64,000 bases of DNA from an uncultured Chloroflexia bacterium (GTDB lineage: Bacteria; Chloroflexota; Limnocylindria; Limnocylindrales; CSP1-4), in the NCBI GenBank assembly GCA_963844945.1, contig CAWJQZ010000033.1, positions 75,680 to 139,679 on the forward strand, in the 5' to 3' direction. Both the position numbers and the translations under genes were made by a program. The notes under the pieces are model-generated. The model was not told the DNA's origin. It did not search any database and was given only the letters and a program-made list of their open reading frames with translations. Below are positions 39,290 through 48,844 of the stretch, piece after piece. Position 1 is the stretch's first letter, and each line of letters opens with the position of its first letter.

Positions 39290-40255
39290 ATGTGGACCGA
39301 CCGCACCGGATCCGCGCCGGAGCCGTTCGACGCGATCAACGGCCACCGGCTCGCCGGCCCGGACGGCAGCCACCCGCTCCATGACGTCCGGGCGGAGGAG
39401 CTCGTCCGTCCCGGCAGCGGGCCCATCGGCGGGGGGATCGTGATCGAGAAGCCGGTCCGCGTCGGCGAGTCGATCGAGGGGGTCGTCCGCCTCCAGGCGG
39501 TCGAGCGTGTCGAGGCCCGGAAGTGCGTCCTCCGGCTCGTGGGCCTCCGGCTCGACGAGGTGCAGCGGTCGGAGGACCACACGGACTCGGACGGACACGT
39601 CACCAGCACCGAGCGCTGGGTCGAGGTGGACGGGGACCTGTTCGCGGAGAACGCCTCCCGGAGCCCGCCCTCCCGCCCGTGCTCGCGCCCGGCCAGACGG
39701 TCGAGACCCGCTTCTCCCTGCCCGCCCCGCGCCTCGGCCCGCCGTCCGCGCACCTGGGCGAGTCGATCGTCGCGTGGGCCCTCGAGGTGCGGTGGGACAT
39801 CCCGATGGGCGACGACCACTTCGTCGCGGTCCACCTGCCCGTCGCACAGCACCCGGACCTGATCCGGGCAGGCGTCGGGAAGCAGGGCGGCATGAGCGTC
39901 CTCGACGCGGTCGCGGTGGCGATGCCGTCATCGGGGTGACGACGCCCCTCCCTGCCGCGCCCGGCTCCGAGGTCGTCGTGACGGTCCACTGGCCGTCGGC
40001 CGCGAAGGGACCACGGGGCGCGTCGAGATCCAGCGCCACACGAACGCCCCGAACAGCGAGACGGGCATCATCGCGTCGGTCGTCGTGGATCCGAAGGCGT
40101 TCCAGTCGGGCGCCGAGGTCCGCCTGACGATCCCGGGCGGGACGGCGCCGTCGTTCGACGGCGCGGGCCTCGAGAACGCCTACGTGGTCCGCGCGCTCGT
40201 CGATCGGCGCTTCCGGCCGGACGCCGCGATCGAACGCCCGATCGCGATCGCCTGA
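39290..40255 (+). pseudogene. Two-lobed arrestin-fold-like (Spo0M-like) protein of unknown function with about 3 frame switches
   Basis: ATG 39290 follows AGAGGGAG. Lobe 1 is PVRVGESIEGVVRLQAVERVEARKCVLRLVGLRLDE... (39290 frame), then ...PPVLAPGQTVETRFSLPAPRLGPPSAHLGESIVAWALEVRWDIPMGDDHFVAVHLPV (39523 frame). Lobe 2 is PLPAAPGSEVVVTVHW..., then by my own translation RVEIQRHTNAPNSETGIIASVVVDPKAFQSGAEVRLTIPGGTAPSFDGAGLENAYVVRALVDRRFRPDAAIERPIAIA ending at TGA 40253-40255. The pattern (pGe.v.G.v.l ... l.l.g ... f.lP ... v.W.l) resembles Spo0M/arrestin-like proteins, but this is a fold-level guess only. Confidence 0.45.
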
Positions 40256-40405
40256 CCTTCCGGCGTGCCGCGGACCGGCGGCGACAGCGGCGCCGGGTCC
40301 CCGCGCACCGGCCTGAGTGCCGTCATCGTTCGACAGGCGCGGTATCCGACCCTCCCTGCATGCGGTGAGGCCGGGACCACGACGGGCCGGCCGCAGGAAC
40401 GGAGC

Positions 40406-40788
40406 ATGACGATGATCGCGACCTACGACACCCCCCCACGTTCGTCCTCCAGCGGCCGGCCCCCACGCCGACGACCCGCCGCGAGCTCCTGACCCTCCTG
40501 GTCCTCCGTGAGCTCGAGGGAGGCGGCCCGCGCGCCGGGACGGCGCTCTTCGACGCGATCTCGGCACTCGTCTGCTCCTTCGACCTGGACGCCCCCGGCT
40601 ACGCTCTCCTCCACGACCTGTGCGACGCCGGCCTCCTCGTCGCGGTCGGCGCCCGGCCCCCGCGCTATGCGGTCACCGCGACCGGGCGGTCGGAGGCCGA
40701 GCGGCTGGCCATCCGATGCTGGCCCGGGATCCGCGACGCCCTGGTGGACCTGAACGTCTGCGTCGGCTGTCTCGCGCCGCGCGGCTGA
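40406..40788 (+). pseudogene. Small winged-helix (PadR-like) putative transcriptional regulator with one frame switch in a C7 homopolymer
   Basis: ATG 40406 gives MTMIATYDTPP, then a premature stop at 40490-40492. Reading the C7 run at 40431-40437 as C8 gives TFVLQRPAPTPTTRRELLTLLVLRELEGGGPRAGTALFDAISALVCSFDLDAPGYALLHDLCDAGLLVAVGARPPRYAVTATGRSEAERL... ending at TGA 40786-40788. Confidence 0.45.
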
Positions 40789-40909
40789 GGGCCGGATCGT
40801 CCCCGGCGCACGCGGCACCCGCGCGGGTGCGTCCCCCACGTATCGTGGAGGGGTCCCGTGCGCGGGCCGCGCCACGCGCCTGCGCGGGCCGCCGTGCACG
40901 GGAGACGCC

Positions 40910-42130
40910 ATGCGGCCGCTGTTCAAGGACGACACGTTCGACTTCCTGGCCCGGATCGCACTCGGGTCCGCGTCCGCCCGGTGCGCCGACGTCGGCGAGG
41001 TCTTCGCGACGCTCGACGGGCTGCGCGACGGCGACGCGGACGGATGGGTGCAGCGATGGGGCGCGACGGCCCGTCGCCTCGAGGCCGAGGCGAGCGCCCG
41101 GAGGGACGCGGGCCACGACCGCAGCGCCGCGGCGGCCTTCCTGCGCGCGGCCAAATACTACGACGGCCACGTACCAGGCGTACGCAGCGAAGGGCCCGAA
41201 CCCCTTCCTCGCGCTGTGGGAGGACTACCGTCGCTGCTGGGAGCTGTCCCTGGCGCTCTCCGGCCTCGACGTGGAGCGCGTCGCGATCCCCTACGACGGG
41301 ACCACGCTCCCCGGCTAGTTCCTGCGCGCCGGCGCGGGGCGGCGCCGCACGCTCGTCTTCAACAACGGCAGCGACGGGTCGATGGTGGACGCGTGGGGAG
41401 GATGCGCCCTCGACGGGCTCGCCCGCGGCTGGAACGTCCTTCTGTTCGACGGGCCGGGCCAGGGTGCCGCGCTCGTTCGGCAGGGGCTCTTCTTCCGGCC
41501 CGACTTGGAGGCGGTCGTGACCCCCGTGGTCGACATGCTCGTCGCGCGGGACGACGTGGACCCTGCACGCCTCGCGATCATGGGCGTGAGCCAGGGCGGC
41601 TACTGGGTCCCACGCGCGCTGGCGTACGAGCACAGGCTCGCGGCCGCGATCGCGGATCCCGGCGTGGTCGACGTCGCGGCGACGATGACCGCCCACCTCC
41701 CAGCTCGATGCTCCGGCTCCTCGCGTCGGGCGAGCGCGAAGCGTTCGACCGGGACGTCCGCCGGTGGACGCGCCTCTCGCGGAAGACATCGGCACAGATG
41801 GCGTTCCGGTTCCGCCCGTACGGCCTGGAGAGCCCGTTCGACGTCTACCGGCGCGCGATGGAGTCACGCCTCTCGGACGAGGACATCGCGCGGATCCGGA
41901 CGCCGCTGCTCGTGACCGCACCCGAGGACGAGCGGTTCTGGCCCGGCCAGTCGGCCGACCTGTACGCGAAGCTTCCCGGCCGGAAGGCGCTGATGGAGTT
42001 CACGGCCGCCGAGGGCGCCGACCTGCACTGCGAGCCGATGGCGGGGTGCCTGCGGGGCGAGCGGGTCTTCGACTGGCTGGACGAGGTGGTGCCGGCGGAC
42101 GCAGCGGAGGCCCCGGGGCGGCCGGCGTGA
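40910..42130 (+). pseudogene. Alpha/beta hydrolase (FrsA/peptidase S9-like) with two frame switches plus an in-frame TAG at 41316-41318
   Basis: The N- and C-termini are in ORF 40910..42130 (MRPLFKDDTFDFLARIALG...; ...RIRTPLLVTAPEDERFWPGQSADLY...). The core is in the 40620/41382 frame ([33 protein letters not shown]...LLFDGPGQG...LAIMGVSQGGYWVPRA). GVSQGG is a nucleophile-elbow G-x-S-x-G motif. The TAG interrupts an otherwise continuous frame. Confidence 0.75.
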
Positions 42131-42175
42131 CGGAGGGGCCCCGCGTCCCGGCCGGCGCGGGGAGGCGCTGCGCCG

Positions 42176-42688
42176 TCAGTCCTCGCCGATGTCCTCGTTC
42201 CAGACGTCCGGGCGGCGCCGGATGAACTCGGCCATGAGCTCGATGCAGTCGGGATCGTCCAGGTCCACGACCTCGACGCCGCGCGACCGGAGGTAGTCCT
42301 CGCCGCCCACGAAGGTGCGGTTCTCCCCCATCACGACGCGCGGGATGCCGTACAGGAGGATCGCCCCGGTGCACATGTCGCACGGCGAGAGCGTCGTGTA
42401 CATGGTGGCGCGACGGTAGGTCGACGCCGGCAGCCGGCCGGCGACCTCGAGCGCGTCCGTCTCCCCATGGCGGATCGCGCTGCCGAGCTGGACCCGCCGA
42501 TTGTGGCCGGCGCCGAGGACACGGCCGTCGGCCACGAGCGCCGCCCCGATCGGGACGCCGCCCTCGTCCCGCCCGATCCGCGCCTGCTCGATCGCCACCT
42601 CGAGGAAGAGTCGGTCGGTCAAGGGCGGGTCGCCGGAGGAGGCGGTGGCCCCGGAGATGCCGTCGGAGCCGGAGTCGGGGTCGAGCAT
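42176..42688 (-). CDS. FCY1-type cytosine deaminase (CMP/dCMP-type zinc deaminase)
   Basis: Internal ATG 42688 follows GGAGGA. HGETDALEVAGRL...MYTTLSPCDMCTGAILLYGIPRVVMGENRTFVGGEDYLRSRGVEVV...FIRRRPDVWNEDIGE closely parallels yeast Fcy1 as I recall it (HGEISTLENCGRL...LYTTLSPCDMCTGAIIMYGIPRCVVGEN...FIDERPQDWFEDIGE). Confidence 0.85.
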   Translation of the reverse strand: MLDPDSGSDGISGATASSGDPPLTDRLFLEVAIEQARIGRDEGGVPIGAALVADGRVLGAGHNRRVQLGSAIRHGETDALEVAGRLPASTYRRATMYTTLSPCDMCTGAILLYGIPRVVMGENRTFVGGEDYLRSRGVEVVDLDDPDCIELMAEFIRRRPDVWNEDIGED

Positions 42689-43027
42689 CAGCGGTCCTCC
42701 ATCGGGCCGCGGGCGCCCACCCTCGTCGCCGCGCGCAGCGCGACGAGCATGCGCCCCGGTTCGACGTGAAGCGCGCGCCGGACGGCCCCTTGGCGCCCGG
42801 CCGTGGGTCACGACGAGTCCACGGCGCGGTCACCCTTCGGTGTCCGCGGCCCTCGGAGCCTCCGTTCCCTGGAGGCTCTCGTTCGGTCGTGCGCCGTCAG
42901 AGCCCCAGGGCCCGTGCCTCCCGGCGGGGCCGCCAGAGCTTCTTCTTCGACTCGACGGAGAAGATGCGGCGGTGCATGGCCGGCAGGGTAGCCGACCGGG
43001 CAGGACGATGCAAGCCGCGTATGCATG

Positions 43028-43061
43028 CAGGGTCTATGCGCATACCAGTGCATAGACCCTG
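43028..43061 (-). terminator. Terminator-like hairpin downstream of the minus-strand membrane protein gene
   Basis: Perfect 12-bp stem CAGGGTCTATGC (43028-43039) / GCATAGACCCTG (43050-43061) with a 10-nt loop, in an unusually AT-rich patch. It lies 74 nt after the inferred stop at 43135. Confidence 0.4.
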
Positions 43062-43134
43062 GTGGGTGATCCGCGTCCGACGGCGCCGTGACGGCGTGTG
43101 GACCGCCTCGCGGCGGGTGCCGGGAGCCGGTCCG

Positions 43135-43996
43135 TCAGGCCGCCGGACCCTGGGGCGCCGGCGGGGCCGGCGGCTCGGCCGGCGGCAGGGCGATCGCCGG
43201 GGCGGGGGCCTCGACGGCCGGGGCGCTCGCGGGCGCCGCGATCGCCGCGGACGGCTCCGCCGCAGCGGCCGGCGCCTGGATGGCCGGCGCGGCGGCACGT
43301 CCCCGCGGCGGCGGCGGCGGCTGCGGCCGCGGCCGGCGTCTCCTTCGTCATCCGGAGCATCCGGCGTCCGAGCCAGAGGGCGGCGAGCGCGGTCATGCCG
43401 AGCCACGCGAGGTAGATGCCGACGAAGATGACGCCGATCCCGAACAGCATCGGCAGGTCGTCGAGGCGGTCCGCCGCCTGCAGCTCTGCCTTCGCCTTCT
43501 CGGTCTTCGCCTGGATCTCCTGGAGCGCGGGGACCGCGGCCTCCAGGTCGCCGCCGACGTTGGAGAGCGAACCGGACATCGCGCTGATCTGCGTCTTGAT
43601 CTGCCCAGCCTGGTCCGCGATGTTCGTGAACGCGTCGCCGATGCCGGCGAAGGGCTTCTGGCCGAAGATGTTGAAGTCGGCGAACCCGGCGATCGAGCTC
43701 GATGCGCTCGCCGCGCTGTCGGCGAGGGATGCGGCCTGGTCGAGGGTCGCCGCCGCGTTGTCGAGCCCGACCTTGATGTTCCCGGACGCGGTCGTCACCG
43801 TCCCGAGGAGCAGCGTGGTGCTGTCGAGGGTCGAGATGAGCGCCTGACGCTGGGTGGTCACGGCGTCCCGCAGGCGCGCCACCTGGTACCCGAGCACGAT
43901 CGAACCGATGAGGACGGCGACCGCGGCGACGACGCCGACGAGGCCGTAGATCGACAGGAGCCACCCGAGGCGGCGGCTCGGCGGGATCAGCGTCAC
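43135..43996 (-). pseudogene. Bitopic/two-TM membrane protein with a helical ectodomain and an Ala/Pro-rich tail; function unknown; one frame switch near 43300
   Basis: GTG 43996 follows GAGGAGAAGG. TM1 is LGWLLSIYGLVGVVAAVAVLIGSIVLGY. The ~170-aa Ala/Ser/Thr-rich helical region reads ...DNAAATLDQAASLADSAASASSSIAGF...QIKTQISAMSG...EIQAKTEKAKAELQAA. TM2 is MLFGIGVIFVGIYLAWLGMTALAALWLG. The tail PAAAAAAAAAA continues plausibly only in another frame (APAIQAPAAAAEPS...PPAPQGPAA), ending at TGA 43137-43135. Confidence 0.55.
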
Positions 43997-44273
43997 GGCG
44001 GACCTTCTCCTCTCGCGGGATGCATGACGGGGTGGTCGCGCCGGCAGCCGGGGGCATGGCTGCCGGCGCGACGGGCCGGGACCGCCCGAAGGCACGTCCG
44101 GCCCGCCGAACAGCCTAATGCGTCCGCCGCGCGCGCGCGGCCACGGAGGTCGCGAGGGCGGGTGGTACCTGTGGTGCATGTCGGACCTCTCCCGCGTGCG
44201 TCATCATCACGGCACCGGTGCAGGCCGGGATCGCGCGCCGGCACGGGGCCTCCGGCGGACACGGGAGGTACGC

Positions 44274-44826
44274 ATGCGTTCGAGGAGATCTCATCCGCCT
44301 CGCGGCGGTCGCGCTCGTCGCCCTGTCGGTCGCCGCGTGCGGAGGCGGCGGCGGCGACCCGACGGCGCCCGTCAAGGACCTGGTCAACCTCGTGGAGACG
44401 AAGCAGTTCGCCAAGGTGAGCGATCTCGCGTGCGCCGCCGAGAAGGCGGACATCGCCCAGCGGTTCGACTTCACGTCCGCGATGGCGGGCGGCCTCGGCG
44501 AGGGCGTCGACGCCCAGGCGGTCACCGACGCGATGACCGTGAAGTTCGCGGAGCCCCTCTACAAGGAGGTCTCCAAGAGCGGCGACAAGGCGACCGTCCA
44601 GCTCACCGGCACGCTGAAGGTCGGGTTCGACCAGGCGAAGATGGCGGCGGTCCTGAAGACCGCGCTCGCGGCGCAGGGCCTCCCCGCCGACGACGCCACG
44701 ATCCAGGGCGCGCTCGGGACCATGTCCACCGGGTTCGAGCAGGGACAGCCGGTCGACTCGACCGTGGACCTCGTCCTCGAGAACGGGAAGTGGATGATCT
44801 GCGGGGTGACCGACAAGACCCAGTGA
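44274..44826 (+). pseudogene. Lipoprotein of unknown function with one frame switch near 44290
   Basis: ATG 44274 follows GGGAGG and gives MRSRRS. A 1-nt shift joins this to IRLAAVALVALSVAAC (lipobox) of ORF 44218..44826. The mature part reads ...VKDLVNLVETKQFAKVSDLACAAEKADIAQRFDF...VDLVLENGKWMICGV. Confidence 0.6.
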
Positions 44827-44918
44827 CGGCGGCCCGCCGGCCGCTCCACTCTCCGCCCCGCGGGACCATCCGGCGAGGCGGAGCCGCCTCCGGCCCCGGA
44901 GGGCCGTAGACTCCGCCC

Positions 44919-45605
44919 GTGACCACGCTCATCCTCGTCCGCCACGGGCTCACCGCCGTGACCGGCCGCGTCCTCAGCGGCCGCCTGCCGGGGTATCCCG
45001 CTCGACGAGCGTGGCCGTGCCCAGGCGGCGGCGGTCGCGCGATCGGCTCCGCGCCGTCCCGCTCGCGGCGATCGTCTCGTCCCCCGTCGAGCGGTGCGCC
45101 GCGACGGCCCAGGCGATCGCCGCCGGACGCGGCCCGGACGGGGACGCCGGCCCCGGTCACCTTCGACGACCGCCTCGCGGAGGTCGACTACGGCGAATGG
45201 GCCGGCCGCGAGCTCAGGGATCTCGCCCGGGAGCCCCTCTGGCGCGTCGTGCAGGCCACCCCGTCGGCGGTGACGTTCCCGGGCGGCGAGACGCTCCGCG
45301 CGATGGCGGCCCGTGCGGTGGAGGCCGTCCGGGCGGGCAACGCGGCGGCAGGGCCGGACGCCACGTGGCTCGCCTGCACGCACGGGGACCTCGTGAAGGC
45401 GATCCTCGCGGACGCCCTCGGCCTCCATCTCGACGCGTACCAGCGGATCGCCGTCGGGACGTGCTCGATCAGCGTCGTCCGGTACGCGCCGGACGGCAGC
45501 GCCCTCGTCTCGCGGGTGAACGACACCGGCGCGGCGCTCGACGACCTCGTGCCCCGGCCGCACGGCGCCGGACGTGGGCGCCGAGGGACGAAGCGCCGGG
45601 ACTGA
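44919..45605 (+). pseudogene. Histidine phosphatase-family protein (MSMEG_4193-type putative phosphomutase) with about 3 frame switches within 44990-45150
   Basis: GTG 44919 gives MTTLILVRHGLTAVTGRVLSGR, with the catalytic RHG. The segment LRAVPLAAIVSSPVERCAATAQAIAAG is in the 45011 frame. ...DDRLAEVDYGEWAGRELRDL...VTFPGGETL...LACTHGDLVKAIL is back in the first frame. Confidence 0.75.
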
Positions 45606-45687
45606 CGCGCGACGAGCCGCACGGCCGCGACGGTGTACAGTCGGAGCCCCGACGGCAGCCGCCTGCCGCCGCGTCCACGGAGGACCC

Positions 45688-46313
45688 ATGACCCGACGCG
45701 CCTACCTCTTCGACTCCCCCGAGCGCTTCGTCGCGGGCACCGTGGGCCTGCCGGGGAACCGGACGTTCTTCCTTCAGGCGCGCGACGGAGGGCGGATCGC
45801 GTCGGTCGTGCTCGAGAAGGTCCAGGTCGCGGCCCTTGCCCAGCGCCTGGCCGAGCTGCTCGAGGACCTCCGCGAGCGCGGCGTGGAGGCGCCGGACTCG
45901 ATCGCCCCGTCGGAGGTGGACGAGCGCCCCCTCGACGAGCCGCTCATCGAGGCGTTCCGCGTGGGGACGCTGACGATCGGCTGGGACCCCGCCCACGAGC
46001 GGGTGGTGCTCGAGGCGTTCGCGATGACCGACGCCGACGACATGGACGTCGACGACGAGGACGAGGACGAGAGCCTCGAGGACGACGACGAGGAGGAGGA
46101 CGAGGACGACCCGTTCGACGAGCTCGCCCTCGCCGACGACACCACGGAGGGGCCCGACTTCGTCCGCGTCCGGCTGACGACGGACGCGACGGCCGCGTTC
46201 ATCGAGCGCTCGCTCCGCGTCGTCGCGCAGGGCCGGCCCCCGTGCCCCATCTGCGGCCGCCCCTCGATCCGCAGGGCCATCTCTGCCCGCGGAAGAACGG
46301 CTACCTCAACTAG
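45688..46313 (+). pseudogene. DUF3090-family protein with one frame switch near 46265
   Basis: ATG 45688 gives MTRRAYLFDSPERFVAGTVGLPGNRTFFLQARDGGRIASVVLEKVQVAAL.... It has an acidic insert at 46030-46122. The C-terminal CPICGRP is followed, in the 45633..46313 frame, by LDPQGHLCPRKNGYLN, the family's Cys/His-rich tail as I recall it. Confidence 0.75.
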
Positions 46314-46322
46314 CCGGACGGC

Positions 46323-47154
46323 ATGACCGACGACGGGACGGAGTCCGCGGCGGAGATCCGCCTCCCGCACCTGGGCCCGGTCGCGCCCGAGGTCGCGGCG
46401 CGGCTCATCGCCGAGGGCGAGCTCGAGGTCCTGGGCAGGCTCGTCGCCGCCTCGAACGCGACGCTCCTCTGCCGCGTGACGCTTCCGGCGGACCGGGCCG
46501 GCTCGGCCGGCGTCCTGCGCCCGGCGAGATCGCGGAGCGCGTGTCGGTCCCGCTCGAGGGCGCCGCGATCTACAAGCCGGTCCGCGGCGAGCGACCGCTC
46601 TGGGACTTCCCCGACGGGACGCTCGCCGGGCCGCGAGTACGGCGCCTTCCTCGTCTCCGAGGCGTCGGGCTGGGGGATCGTCCCGCCCACCGTCCTGCGC
46701 GACGGCCCGTACGGCCCGGGGATGGTCCAGCTCTGGATGGACGTGGACGAGTCCGTGGACCGGGTCGCGCTCGTGAACGACGCGGACGAGCGCCTCCGGC
46801 GCATCGCGGTCTTCGACGCCGTCGTGAACAACGCCGACCGGAAGGTGGGCCACCTCCTCCCGATGCCGGACGGCGCGATCCACGGCGTGGACCACGGCGT
46901 CTGCTTCCACCGGGAGCCGAAGCTCCGGACGGTGCTCTGGGCGTGGCGCGGGAAGCGGCTGCGGAAGGACGAGGTCGAGACGGTCGAGCGGCTCGAGGAC
47001 GCCCTGGGCGGCGACCTCGGGCGCGGTGCTTCGCGAGCACATCGCGCCCGCTGAGGTGAAGGAGACGCGCCGTCGCGCGCGGCGGCTCATCGAGAGCCGC
47101 CGCTTCCCGCAGCCGAGCCCGGACTGGCCCGCCGTCCCCTGGCCGCCGTACTGA
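46323..47154 (+). pseudogene. SCO1664-family protein (PI3/4-kinase-like fold) with about 3 frame switches
   Basis: ORF 46323..47054 gives ...ELEVLGRLVAASNATLLC.... AIYKPVRGERPLWDFPDGTLAG is in the 46541 frame. REYGAFLVSEASGWGIVPPTVLRDGPYGPGMVQLWMD...FDAVVNNADRKVGHLL...HGVDHGVCFH is back in the first frame. The tail ...AVLREHIAPAEVKETRRRARRLIESRRFPQPSPDWPAVPWPPY ends at TGA 47152-47154. Confidence 0.7.
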
Positions 47155-47158
47155 CGGA

Positions 47159-47207
47159 GGCGGGCCAGGCGCACCGGATGTGCCGGCGCGCCTGGGGTCA
47201 TCCCGCC
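47159..47207. terminator. Hairpin between convergent genes, a possible bidirectional terminator
   Basis: The outer stem is GGCGGG / CCCGCC and the inner stem is CCAGGCGC (47165-72) / GCGCCTGG (47188-95). It lies between stop 47154 (+) and stop 47218 (-). Confidence 0.3.
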
Positions 47208-47217
47208 TGGCTGCGGG

Positions 47218-48630
47218 TCATCTCACGGTGATGTACTTCTTCGACGCGGAGCTCGTCGCGTTCGCGGGGCCGGCGAGGGCCGTCGCCTGCATGTAGAACC
47301 GGCCGCGCGTCGCGAACGTCCTCGAGAACGTCACCTTCCCGGCGGTGTTCGTCGTCAGGACGATCGTCCCGCCGCGCAGGACCCACGATCCCCCGCTGTA
47401 CTGGTACACGCGGAGCCGCACCGAGACCCCCGCGGTCTTCGGGCGCAGGGTCACGACCCACCGCAGGGTCGATCCGGCAGACGTGGTCCGGGTCGTCGCC
47501 GCCGGCGAGACGATGACCTGGAACCGCACGGTGACCGAGACCGACGCGCTCGTCGACGCCGCGAGGGTCGCGTCTCCCGGCCAGACGGCGCGGTAGTCGG
47601 CCGTCCGTGCCGGCAGGTAGTCGATGGAGCCGGTGCTGGAGGCGTCCGTCGTGATCGTCCCGATCTGCGACCAGCTCGCGGCACCTGCGATCCTGCGCTC
47701 GACGGTCACCAGGCGGCCGGCTCCGGCGCCGGCGAAGGCGAGCGCGAGCGTCACGTCAGCCGGGTAGGTGACGGTCGTGCGCGAGGCTGTGAGGACCATC
47801 GCCGTCGGCGGCATCGGGGTCGGCGACGGGCTCGGCGAGGCCGAAGGGCTCGGGCTCGGGCTCGGTGTCGGAGCCGAGGTCGGGCCTGCCGAGATGTCGA
47901 ATGCGGTGCTCGTGGCCGCGCTCAGCCCGGGCGACGTCGCCACGATGAAGAACCCGCTGCCCGGGAGATCGACGGCGCATCCGGCGAACACCGCGATGCC
48001 GTTGACCGCGGCGAGGACGGTCCCGCTCGCGCAGGCCAGGCTTGCCGCGACGCCCGGCGGCGACACGAGACCCAGCGAGATGACGGAGGTCGCGGCCACG
48101 GCGCGGTTGCCGTAGGGGTCGTACACGGTCACCCGGGGCTGCTGGCTCAGGGAGCTGCCCGCCTGGGCGCCGCCAGGCTGGACCGTGAACGCGAGATGAT
48201 CGGCGGCTGCCGGTTTGACCGTCAGGGCGGGGGACGTCCCGTGCATCGTGGCATCGAAGACGGCCGTCACCGTGATCGTCTGGGTGCCCGCCGTCTTGAA
48301 CGTCACCGTGAATCCGTGGTCGCCGTGGTCGCTGGCGACGAACGTGTACGGGGCGGGCAGCACCGCCAGCGGGTCGGTGCTCGTGAACTTGACCTTGCCG
48401 GTGTAGTCGGTCCACGGGTTCTCGGTGAACTTCCTGGCCGTGACGAGGAAGGCGACCGGTGACCCGGCCGTCACCGAGGCCGTGCAGGGGTTCGGCCAGC
48501 AGAACCGGGAGGCCGTGAACCAGTGTGAGACGCCGAGCGCCGTCCCCGTGGAGAGCGTGGACGCCGCAAGTACGAGGGAGACGGCGGCGGCGAGAAGCGC
48601 CGCCCGGCGACGAAGGCCTGAAGCGCGCAT
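47218..48630 (-). CDS. Secreted multi-domain Ig-like (bacterial Ig/invasin-like) protein, paralogue 1
   Basis: Internal ATG 48630 gives MRASGLRRRAALLAAAVSLVLAASTLSTGTALG (signal peptide). It has an N-terminal CWPNPC motif. Beta-sandwich-like domains follow (FTVTFKTAGTQTITVTA; LAFTVQPGGAQAGSSLSQQPRVTVYDPYGN...LACASG...FAGCAV), then an SP/TP-rich linker and a C-terminal pair of further beta domains. The ORF is intact. Confidence 0.75.
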   Translation of the reverse strand: MRASGLRRRAALLAAAVSLVLAASTLSTGTALGVSHWFTASRFCWPNPCTASVTAGSPVAFLVTARKFTENPWTDYTGKVKFTSTDPLAVLPAPYTFVASDHGDHGFTVTFKTAGTQTITVTAVFDATMHGTSPALTVKPAAADHLAFTVQPGGAQAGSSLSQQPRVTVYDPYGNRAVAATSVISLGLVSPPGVAASLACASGTVLAAVNGIAVFAGCAVDLPGSGFFIVATSPGLSAATSTAFDISAGPTSAPTPSPSPSPSASPSPSPTPMPPTAMVLTASRTTVTYPADVTLALAFAGAGAGRLVTVERRIAGAASWSQIGTITTDASSTGSIDYLPARTADYRAVWPGDATLAASTSASVSVTVRFQVIVSPAATTRTTSAGSTLRWVVTLRPKTAGVSVRLRVYQYSGGSWVLRGGTIVLTTNTAGKVTFSRTFATRGRFYMQATALAGPANATSSASKKYITVR

Positions 48631-48844
48631 ATCGTCCCTCTTCGTGCGATCGACAGGTCGATCGTGCGAGGCGACGAACCGCGGACAAGAGCCATCGGTC
48701 GTCGCGTCCATCCACGCAGCCGTACAGAGGCTGACCGGCGCGGCCGGTCGGTCCGGCGCGCGCGTCTACGACGGATGCAGGACAGGAACGGCCACGCCGG
48801 CCGGGATGCCGCCGCTGGGTCCGGCGACCCGCGGTGGCCGGGCG

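Noticed and set aside
46030-46122. A GAC/GAG-rich low-complexity DNA run.
   Set aside because: It is an in-frame acidic insert (DADDMDVDDEDEDESLEDDDEEEDEDDPFDE) within the DUF3090 gene, not a non-coding repeat or mobile-element remnant.
47815-47885. Short-period repeats (GGGCTCGG-type) here and at ~49990-50110, which could be mistaken for tandem repeats or a CRISPR-like array.
   Set aside because: They are the in-frame coding sequence of the Ser/Pro/Thr-rich interdomain linkers (PSPSPSPSASPSPSPTP; TPGPTATPGPTATP) of the two Ig-like proteins. There is no repeat-spacer organisation.
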